Part shown: positions 26,186 to 32,000 of the stretch, in pieces
How the letters are laid out: each line of letters begins with the position of its first letter
How positions within the stretch are numbered: the first letter of the stretch is position 1
Assembly (NCBI RefSeq): GCF_900109495.1
Contig: NZ_FOAA01000002.1
Span: 220,956 to 252,955 of the forward strand
Origin: Ectothiorhodospira marina
GTDB taxonomy: Bacteria > Pseudomonadota > Gammaproteobacteria > Ectothiorhodospirales > Ectothiorhodospiraceae
DNA length: 32,000 bases
Reading direction: 5' to 3'
Translations under genes and position numbers: made by a program
Notes under the pieces: generated by a model
Told to the model about the DNA's origin: nothing
What the model saw: the letters and a program-made list of their open reading frames with translations, nothing else
Databases searched by the model: none

Positions 26186-26369
26186 GCCTTGGCCCTGTCA
26201 GTGGTATCGTTGGGTTAGAGTTTGATCGAATTTGAATCTATTTATGAAAAACTGGCAAACGTATCTTCGAAGAAAAATAATTTTTCGACCTCGTTTATAG
26301 CTTGAGATTGGTAATTCTCGGTCAAAATATTAAAGTTATATCGGAATAGTTTGGGTGATAGATAGGCGA

Positions 26370-28040
26370 ATGGAAAGAAATGATGAATCACATTTTAATA
26401 TCTATTTTTGCGGAAGCGCTATTGAATTTCCAGATGTGAAGCGCCCGGCGATAATTTTTTCGCCAGTGAATGATAGCTGGAATGATTTTAGATATAAGTG
26501 TAGCTACCGATATCTAATTTATTTTGGAGACGGACGAAGGGAAATAGAAGGCCGCGTATTTCTCGGATTTACGTCAGGTAACGAAAATATCGAAGATAGT
26601 GGTCAGCTATCTAATCAAGTCGAGGTAGTCGAGGCGAGTGAACTACCTGATTTTTTTACACTACAGGGAGGCATGAAGGATTATCGTTACTTTGTGAATG
26701 AGCATGGAACTGAAGATGCAAACCGCCTTCTCCTGGCTTTCAACGATTTGGTTGCCTGTCGGCGTTTTCCAAAACGAGCGAAACTCGTCGATGTTGCAGT
26801 AAAAACGGAAGTATTTAGTTTAGCTTTAATGAGGGACTCTGATCGTTTTTTTGCGTTTCACAATGCGGACACGATTCTTGATGGTTTGGAGGAAGAAAGC
26901 TTTTCTAGAATTTCGACTGAGTTTTCACTTTCATATGATCTTGCAGGGTTCCCAGAAAATCACAATTTATATTTGAATTTTGATACGAACAGCATTCTCC
27001 CGAAAAGAATCAGCGTGCTAATTGGGCGAAATGGCCTAGGGAAAAGCCAGGCTCTCCACACAATAGTAAGGTCTTTGGTTAAAGGAGATCTGCGTTTCTC
27101 TGATCGTGACCACGGTAGACCAATGGTGAGCCGCTTGCTTGCCATTGCTACGCCGGGAGAAACAGCCAATACTTTTCCTCCTGAGCGCCAAAATAAAAGA
27201 ATTAAGTATCGACGATTGATACTCAATAGGAGTGCGAGAGCCAAGGCCTCAAGGGGGTTCGGTGATCTCTGCGTTCAGCTTGCTCGGTCCGAGGAACTGA
27301 TTGGCAATAACGACCGTTGGAGACTATTTGAAGATAGCATTCAGCTTTTTTCTAATATTAAGAATGTCGTCATACCTTTGAGCAAAGATATTTCAGTTGC
27401 GGCTGATCATGTTTTGAGAGTCAACGGTAAACGTTATGTGCCGCTTTTGAAGCTAAACCATGGGGGAGAGCAGGCTAAATTAGAAGTACAAGGTGCTGTC
27501 GTAAGCAACGCTAACCCAATGATGTACATAGAGGATGATATTTTTCCTCTCAGCAGTGGACAACTTTCATTTATTAAGTTTATTGTCCAAGCTTGTTTGT
27601 TTGTTGAAAATGGAACCCTCGTTCTACTAGATGAACCAGAAACACACCTCCACCCAAACTTTATATCGGAGTTTGTCAGGATCCTTGATCGGTTATTAAA
27701 ATCTACTGGATCTGTTGCCGTCATTGCCACACACTCTGCCTATTTCGTTCGAGAAGTCCCTAGAAACCAAGTTCTGGTATTTAAAGGCGACGGCGATGGT
27801 CGGGTAAGCATTCAAAATCCTAGACTGAAGACATTTGGTGCAGATGTTGGGACGATCTCTTATTTCGTTTTTGAAGATGAAATTACTAATGGGTTAGTTG
27901 AAGATATACTAGATCGATTCCCACAAAATCCTGAAGCTAGAGATTCGTTATTAAAAGAACTAGAAGCAGAGTTGTCCGCTGACGTTGTTATGTACCTGCG
28001 CAGGAAGCTGAACATGGAGGAAAATAATGAAGAGAATTGA
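26370..28040 (+). CDS. Cassette 2 gene A: ABC/SMC-type (AAA_15/21-like) ATPase, PtuA-like, with unknown N-terminal domain
   Basis: Walker A is GRNGLGKS (27024-27047), the ABC signature is LSSGQ (27549-27563), Walker B is LVLLDE followed by PETHLHP (27618-27656), and the H-loop is IATHS. The first roughly 210 aa carry no motif I recognise. The alternative GTG start at 26355 would add 5 aa. Confidence 0.8.
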   Translation: MERNDESHFNIYFCGSAIEFPDVKRPAIIFSPVNDSWNDFRYKCSYRYLIYFGDGRREIEGRVFLGFTSGNENIEDSGQLSNQVEVVEASELPDFFTLQGGMKDYRYFVNEHGTEDANRLLLAFNDLVACRRFPKRAKLVDVAVKTEVFSLALMRDSDRFFAFHNADTILDGLEEESFSRISTEFSLSYDLAGFPENHNLYLNFDTNSILPKRISVLIGRNGLGKSQALHTIVRSLVKGDLRFSDRDHGRPMVSRLLAIATPGETANTFPPERQNKRIKYRRLILNRSARAKASRGFGDLCVQLARSEELIGNNDRWRLFEDSIQLFSNIKNVVIPLSKDISVAADHVLRVNGKRYVPLLKLNHGGEQAKLEVQGAVVSNANPMMYIEDDIFPLSSGQLSFIKFIVQACLFVENGTLVLLDEPETHLHPNFISEFVRILDRLLKSTGSVAVIATHSAYFVREVPRNQVLVFKGDGDGRVSIQNPRLKTFGADVGTISYFVFEDEITNGLVEDILDRFPQNPEARDSLLKELEAELSADVVMYLRRKLNMEENNEEN

Positions 28041-28881
28041 TCCTCCTGCTATTGATGACATTAAAGAGTTACAGCTTCTAGCTAATAACCACGGTCTCGG
28101 GAGTTATCCGGGCCTGATGAATGAATATATCCGATTTCGTAGTCAATACAATGTCTATAGTAAAAGCGGTGGAAACCCTTGGAATATAGCTCCATTGCCC
28201 ATTAGTGACGATTTAAAGAAGGCATTAAGAACTCATTATGGCTCTCCTCCGCAAGGTCGGCTGCAATTTCTCAAAAAGTATCGTCGAGGTTTATCGCCAA
28301 CAATTTGCCCAATGTGTGGGGGGTTCGGTAATGGTACTTTGGATCACTATCTTCCCAAAGAGGACTACCCAGAGTACTCATTTTTTTCTAAAAATCTTAT
28401 CCCAGCTTGTAATTGTAACTCGTTAAGAGGGACTACTGTTAAAGGGGTAGCATCTCCTGCAAGAGTAATTCATCCATATTACGATGATTTTCTGCAAGAC
28501 CGATTGTATCAAGCTGTGTTTCAAGGTGAGTTTTCTGCACCTAGTATTTCTATTGAAATTATTGATAAAAGCCATCCTGAATTTGATATTTTAAAATTTC
28601 ATCTCGACGAAGTAATTAAAAATGAAGCAACTCAAGGTTGGTTTGAGAAATATTGGAGCGATTTAAGTCAGCGTCCCCATGATAAGCTGGAGTTGGTTCT
28701 CCCATTGCCCGCGCAAGATGTGAGCGGAGCTGATTTGAAAGTTGCTCTTGAAAGATATAGAAATCATATGGATAAAGATCATGATACGCCAAATAATTGG
28801 CTTTCTATATTCTATACTGGATTGATTAAGGATCATAATCGCTTAGACAAGTTAGCAGCGGTCATAAACAGCAAGAGATGA
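28027..28881 (+). CDS. Cassette 2 gene B: HNH endonuclease, PtuB-like
   Basis: HNH core CPMCGG...LDHYLPKEDYPEY...NLIPACNCNSLRG at 28306-28425. The ATG overlaps the end of the ATPase gene by 14 nt. Confidence 0.8.
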   Translation: MKRIDPPAIDDIKELQLLANNHGLGSYPGLMNEYIRFRSQYNVYSKSGGNPWNIAPLPISDDLKKALRTHYGSPPQGRLQFLKKYRRGLSPTICPMCGGFGNGTLDHYLPKEDYPEYSFFSKNLIPACNCNSLRGTTVKGVASPARVIHPYYDDFLQDRLYQAVFQGEFSAPSISIEIIDKSHPEFDILKFHLDEVIKNEATQGWFEKYWSDLSQRPHDKLELVLPLPAQDVSGADLKVALERYRNHMDKDHDTPNNWLSIFYTGLIKDHNRLDKLAAVINSKR

Positions 28882-28927
28882 TATATGTGCGCCTAGCTTG
28901 GAATAACGAATTTCATGGCAACCATGC

Positions 28928-28985
28928 CATTAACAAGGAGCGTAAGGCGGACGGCTTTCAGCCGCCGCTTCGCTCAGCGTTGGAC
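28928..28985 (+). other. attC site 2
   Basis: R'' is CATTAAC at 28928-28934 and R' is GTTGGAC at 28979-28985. GAGCGTAAGGCGGACGGC pairs with GCCGCCGCTTCGCTC, with bulged bases. Confidence 0.7.
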
Positions 28986-29003
28986 GCTGAAGTGAGGTAA
29001 CCC

Positions 29004-29624
29004 GTGGGGCTCTCAGTTCCGTTGCAGGCAGACAACAAATCCGTCTCGCCAAATTATCGCGTAATCGACTGGCATGACGCCATGCGGTCCGACGATTGGG
29101 CTACGATGGTCGCCATTTTTAGAGATCGGCTGCATGGCAGATTCTTGGAGCCAATCGAACACATAGAGGCAGATAGGAGGATAGGGGGGTTCGCAGGTTT
29201 CTCCATAATGGCACTTGATTGCCTGCTTGTTGAGACTTTAAATCAGTTCTATCACGGTCTCGATGAGACACCTAAGGATCACCAAAGACAGTTTTGGAAG
29301 TTTTTTAGTGGTAGCGAGCATTTCAAGTCTAACTTCACAAGGAAGGTCTCGGACATTTTTTATAGTCATGTGCGCTGCGGATTACTGCACCAAGCCCAAA
29401 CAAAGAAAGGCACATTGATTAGGGCCGACCAAGATAGGATGATAAGCCCGGCTCCTGGGGGATTGGTCAATGGGATAATCGTTGATCGCGTCCGTTTCCA
29501 TGATGCATTAAAGCAGGAAATAGCGACATACATCCGAACGCTGGAATCGGGAGAGGAAGGTGGTGCGGACCTCCGCAATAACTTCATCACAAAAATGCAG
29601 TACATCTGTGGAGGGCAGGCCTGA
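29004..29624 (+). CDS. Cassette 3: hypothetical protein with R-x4-H (HEPN-like) motif
   Basis: 206-aa ORF with a GTG start 6 nt after GAGG. It is predicted helical and carries RCGLLH at 29373-29390. I do not recognise the family. Confidence 0.5.
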   Translation: MGLSVPLQADNKSVSPNYRVIDWHDAMRSDDWATMVAIFRDRLHGRFLEPIEHIEADRRIGGFAGFSIMALDCLLVETLNQFYHGLDETPKDHQRQFWKFFSGSEHFKSNFTRKVSDIFYSHVRCGLLHQAQTKKGTLIRADQDRMISPAPGGLVNGIIVDRVRFHDALKQEIATYIRTLESGEEGGADLRNNFITKMQYICGGQA

Positions 29625-29628
29625 TGGC

Positions 29629-29706
29629 GTCCAACAATCGCATGCAGCCGACCGGCCTGCCTCCGCTGCGCTACTGCAGTCAGGCGGCTGATGCGCGGCG
29701 TTAGGC
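29629..29706 (+). other. attC site 3
   Basis: R'' is GTCCAAC at 29629-29635 and R' is GTTAGGC at 29700-29706; both fit the consensus. CGCAT-G-CAGCC pairs with GGCTGATGCG, leaving an extrahelical G. Confidence 0.8.
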
Positions 29707-29729
29707 TCCACCAGTTACGGAGGGAGTAA

Positions 29730-30140
29730 ATGGAAATCAAGTGTATTGCGGGTTTTGCGTCGATTACTAAAGATCCTGCGGCAAGTGCATCACTGTATCA
29801 GGGCGCCCTAGGTTTGCCGCTGGAGAAAATGGATGATTATCGTTTCATGGATAAATTTCCCGGAGCGAATCATTTCGGAGTATGGCCTCTAGCTATGGCA
29901 GCTCAGTCTTGTTTTGGTCAGGAGGAATGGCCTAACCATATTCCTGAGCCGACCGCTACGATTGAATTTGAGTTGGGGGATGCGGCTGCTGTGGAAGCGG
30001 CAGTAGAAGAAATGAAGGAAAAGGGGCAAGAGTTCGTTCATGAAGCCCGGACTGAACCTTGGGGGCAGACAGTCGCAAGGTTTATGAGCCCCGAGGGAGT
30101 GTTGGTTGGTCTCAGTTATGCGCCATGGCTTCATGAATAA
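29730..30140 (+). CDS. Cassette 4: VOC-family (glyoxalase/bleomycin-resistance/dioxygenase fold) protein
   Basis: 136 aa with a layout typical of small VOC proteins: N-terminal beta-alpha-beta-beta-beta (FASITKDPAASASLYQGALGLPLE) and a C-terminal EPWGQTVARFMSPEG. Confidence 0.7.
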   Translation: MEIKCIAGFASITKDPAASASLYQGALGLPLEKMDDYRFMDKFPGANHFGVWPLAMAAQSCFGQEEWPNHIPEPTATIEFELGDAAAVEAAVEEMKEKGQEFVHEARTEPWGQTVARFMSPEGVLVGLSYAPWLHE

Positions 30141-30141
30141 T

Positions 30142-30217
30142 AGCCTAACCATAGCGTCAACGCGGACTGGCTTTTCCGCTGACGCTCCAAAACCAGCCGG
30201 TTACGCTGGTCGTTATG
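30142..30217 (+). other. attC site 4
   Basis: R'' is GCCTAAC at 30142-30148 and R' is GTTATGT at 30211-30217 (one mismatch to GTTRRRY). AGCGTCAACGCGGACTGG pairs with CCAGCCGGTTACGCT, with bulges. Confidence 0.7.
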
Positions 30218-30271
30218 TGGACTTCACCTTTAGGCCACGGAAGAGGTTCTAATGACTGATTATTTCGGTTC

Positions 30272-30655
30272 TTGTGTCTGTGTGGCACAGTGAGTTTTCA
30301 GGTAAAAGGTGATTTCGATAGCTTCTACCTGTGCCATTGTCTGCATTGCCAAAAAGACACAGGTTCGGCTCATGCGGCAAATCTATTCTCGCATTCCGCT
30401 AAATTGGTCTGGCAATCGGGTTCAGATGCTGTAGCTTCCTTTACGCTTCCTGGCACTCGTCATAACAAAAGCTTTTGCAAGTTGTGTGGTTCAGCATTGC
30501 CAAATACACAGGTCGCGGGTTTGCTTGTTGTTCCGGCAGGGTGTTTGGACTCTCAAATAACGATGTTGCCTACGGCGCATATCTTCTCATCCAGCAAAGC
30601 TGTTTGGGATGAGCGGTTGGAGGAGGTGTCAAAGTTCGAGGGTCTACCAACGTGA
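30272..30655 (+). CDS. Cassette 5: GFA-family (glutathione-dependent formaldehyde-activating / CENP-V-like) zinc protein
   Basis: Contains CLCGTVSF...CHCLHCQKDTGSAH...CKLCGS, a typical GFA Cys pattern. It has a TTG start. An upstream ATG at 30252 lies in a different frame (see findings). Confidence 0.75.
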   Translation: MCLCGTVSFQVKGDFDSFYLCHCLHCQKDTGSAHAANLFSHSAKLVWQSGSDAVASFTLPGTRHNKSFCKLCGSALPNTQVAGLLVVPAGCLDSQITMLPTAHIFSSSKAVWDERLEEVSKFEGLPT

Positions 30656-30664
30656 ACCGCCACC

Positions 30665-30749
30665 ACATAACTAGTGCATTAAATTCGTTCCGGCCCGATG
30701 GGCCTCCACCGGACGCCCTAGTCGGGCGCCGTTTATGCAGGCGTTAAAT
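30665..30749 (+). other. attC site 5
   Basis: R'' is ACATAAC at 30665-30671 and R' is GTTAAAT at 30743-30749. TGCAT-T-AAA pairs with TTTATGCA. It overlaps the yoeB stop codon. Confidence 0.6.
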
Positions 30750-31003
30750 CAGTAGTGATACCGGAGCTGGGCGATAAGCAAAGCGTCATCCGTGACTTTG
30801 TAAACTATTCGGTGTTCTTCGTTGATCCGGCGGGACCAGTACCCGGCGAGGCTGTGTTTTAGGGGCTCTGGTTTGCCAACACCTTCGAACGGTTCTCGCT
30901 TGGTCTCTTTGATCAGCTTGTTGATTCGGTTAAGAATCTTTTTGTCGGTTTTCTGCCAGTACAGATAGTCTTCCCAGGCGTTCTCGGAGAAGATGAGTTT
31001 CAT
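30749..31003 (-). CDS. yoeB: Cassette 6: YoeB/Txe-family mRNA interferase toxin
   Basis: 84 aa reading MKLIFSENAWEDYLYWQKTDKK...GKPEPLKHSLAGYWSRRINEEHRIVY...RYHY, a canonical YoeB sequence. Confidence 0.92.
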   Translation of the reverse strand: MKLIFSENAWEDYLYWQKTDKKILNRINKLIKETKREPFEGVGKPEPLKHSLAGYWSRRINEEHRIVYKVTDDALLIAQLRYHY

Positions 31004-31251
31004 TCAAGAAGTTCCTTTTCTTGACCACCGCCTTGCTCCAGCTCGGCAACGGATTCCAGCAAACGCCGTGCGTTTTTTGGTGCGCGCAGAAGGTATGCAG
31101 TTTCTTGCAGCGCCTCGTAGTCCTCGAGGGAGATCATTACCACTGACTGCGACTTGCTCCGGGTGATGATCACAGGGGAATGGTCTTCACAGACCTGCTC
31201 CATGGTTTTTGCTAGATTGGTTCTAGCGGCTGTGTAGCTAATGGCATCCAT
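31000..31251 (-). CDS. yefM: Cassette 6: YefM/Phd-family antitoxin
   Basis: 83 aa reading MDAISYTAARTNLAKTMEQVCEDHSPVIITR...MISLEDYEALQETAYLLRAPKNARRLLES. The stop and the yoeB start overlap (4 nt). I chose the start at the internal ATG of ORF 31000-31341. Confidence 0.9.
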   Translation of the reverse strand: MDAISYTAARTNLAKTMEQVCEDHSPVIITRSKSQSVVMISLEDYEALQETAYLLRAPKNARRLLESVAELEQGGGQEKELLE

Positions 31252-31305
31252 AGGGTTGCTCCTGTACAGGATATTGGTCATGTTCAGGATACCGTACGCC
31301 AAAGG

Positions 31306-31383
31306 ATTTAACAATCGGCTGCACAGCGACCGATTTTCCACCGCTTCGCGGCTCCAAACCGGCGCGTGATCCGGGCGTTAGCA
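31306..31383 (+). other. attC site 6
   Basis: R'' is ATTTAAC at 31306-31312 and R' is GTTAGCA at 31377-31383. The central CCGCTTCGCGGC palindrome resembles the interior of attC 4. Confidence 0.65.
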
Positions 31384-31420
31384 AGATGCCATTAGGCACA
31401 CAGCCTGCTAGACTAGCCGT

Positions 31421-31693
31421 ATGAAGCAAATAAACTGGAATGCCGAAAAGAACCAGCAGCTGATGAGCGAACGCGGAGTCTCCTTCGAAGACGTTCTGTT
31501 TGCTCTCCAGTCTGGTGGTTTGCTTGATGATGGACCTCATTCCAACAGGGAGAAGTATCCAAGCCAGCGTATATTCGTGGTTCGGATAGATGATTATGCC
31601 TGGCTGGTGCCGTACGTTGAAAATGATAGGGAGTTCTTTCTCAAGACGATTGTTCCCAGTCGCAAGGCCACCAAGAAATTTTTAGGAGGATAA
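31421..31693 (+). CDS. brnT: Cassette 7: BrnT-family (DUF497) ribonuclease toxin
   Basis: 90 aa. INWNAEKNQQLMSERGVSFEDV fits the W-x-x-x-K-x-x-x-N-x-x-x-(H/R)-G-V-S-F-E pattern of BrnT toxins, and the C-terminus has SRKATKK. Confidence 0.75.
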   Translation: MKQINWNAEKNQQLMSERGVSFEDVLFALQSGGLLDDGPHSNREKYPSQRIFVVRIDDYAWLVPYVENDREFFLKTIVPSRKATKKFLGG

Positions 31694-31694
31694 C

Positions 31695-32000
31695 ATGGCG
31701 AAAACCAAATTGGATCCTGAAGAGCAAGAATTGCTTGAGGCATACGAATCCGGAAAGTTTGAGTCGGACTTGGATGCTGGTCGTCGCGAGTACCTAGCCA
31801 AGATGGCCGAAGAAACATTCAAGAAAGACAAAAGGATCAATATACGTATCTCTAGCCGGGATCTGGAGGCACTTCAGCGTCGGGCTCTGGAGGAAGGGCT
31901 TCCTTATCAGTCTCTCGTGTCCAGTGTCCTGCATAAGTATGTCTCTGGTGGCCTGAAGGACATTTCTGCTAACAAGTCAGGCCAGCGGACACGCTATTAA
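31695..32000 (+). CDS. brnA: Cassette 7: BrnA/CopG-type antitoxin
   Basis: 101 aa with the ribbon-helix-helix-like segment KRINIRISSRDLEALQRRALEEGLPYQSLVSSVLHKYV. It starts 2 nt after the brnT stop. The stop codon occupies the last 3 nt of the window. Confidence 0.75.
   Translation: MAKTKLDPEEQELLEAYESGKFESDLDAGRREYLAKMAEETFKKDKRINIRISSRDLEALQRRALEEGLPYQSLVSSVLHKYVSGGLKDISANKSGQRTRY
31967..32000 (+). other. attC site 7 (5' half only, truncated by window end)
   Basis: TGCTAAC-AAG-TCAGGCCAGCGG has the same R''-spacer-L'' layout (TAAC AAG) as attC 1 and 2. The partner half lies outside the window. Confidence 0.4.

Larger units (their letters stand above)
23755..32000. mobile_element. Chromosomal integron: intI, candidate attI and at least 7 gene cassettes (array continues past window end)
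   Basis: intI is divergent from the array. Cassette ORFs are each followed by an imperfect palindrome bounded by RYYYAAC ... GTTRRRY-like boxes. Base composition drops sharply relative to the flanking chromosome. Confidence 0.9.

Noticed and set aside
26244-26297. 17-codon mini-ORF (MKNWQTYLRRKIIFRPRL) in the cassette-2 leader
   Set aside because: It has no RBS, is very short, and spans the palindrome. It more likely reflects AT-rich non-coding sequence. A leader-peptide role cannot be excluded but is unsupported.
31238-31540. 100-aa minus-strand ORF spanning attC6 and the brnT start
   Set aside because: It crosses a cassette boundary and overlaps the well-supported yefM and brnT genes. I recognise no motif.

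Overview
This window looks like a high-GC chromosomal segment from a sulfur-oxidising proteobacterium. The gene order resembles the sHdr loci of Thioalkalivibrio- or Acidithiobacillus-type Gammaproteobacteria; that taxonomic placement is inference only. It has three parts.

(1) 1-7.7 kb holds housekeeping, signalling and Sox genes. These are a SAM methyltransferase and a B12-binding-domain protein translationally coupled to a GGDEF diguanylate cyclase. On the minus strand are soxY-soxZ, a terminator, soxB and a BepA-like M48/TPR protease.

(2) 8.0-21.1 kb is a complete sulfur-oxidising heterodisulfide-reductase-like (sHdr) locus with its dedicated lipoate-assembly genes. The order is tusA, dsrE3, shdrC1B1AHC2B2, lbpA1, dsrE-like, lbpA2, lipS1, lipoate-protein ligase, FAD oxidoreductase, lipS2. 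A tandem GC-rich palindromic REP-like element sits inside it. Three small unknown ORFs and an aldo/keto reductase follow.

(3) From 23.75 kb to the window end there is a chromosomal integron. It has an intI integrase on the minus strand with the integron-specific insertion and an unusually long N-terminus. A candidate attI follows, then at least 7 cassettes bounded by attC sites I could fold by eye.

The cassettes are much more AT-rich than the host DNA and hold the most novel content:
- Cassette 1 encodes a stand-alone class III cyclase-like palm-domain protein.
- Cassette 2 (2.8 kb) encodes an ABC-type ATPase with an unknown N-terminal domain, overlapping an HNH nuclease. This is Septu/PtuAB-like.
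- Cassette 3 encodes an orphan protein with an R-x4-H motif.
- Cassettes 4 and 5 encode VOC/glyoxalase and GFA proteins.
- Cassettes 6 and 7 carry two toxin-antitoxin pairs (yefM-yoeB inverted, then brnT-brnA).

No rRNA, tRNA or CRISPR array was seen. All family assignments rest on motifs read directly from the translations; no database search was possible.
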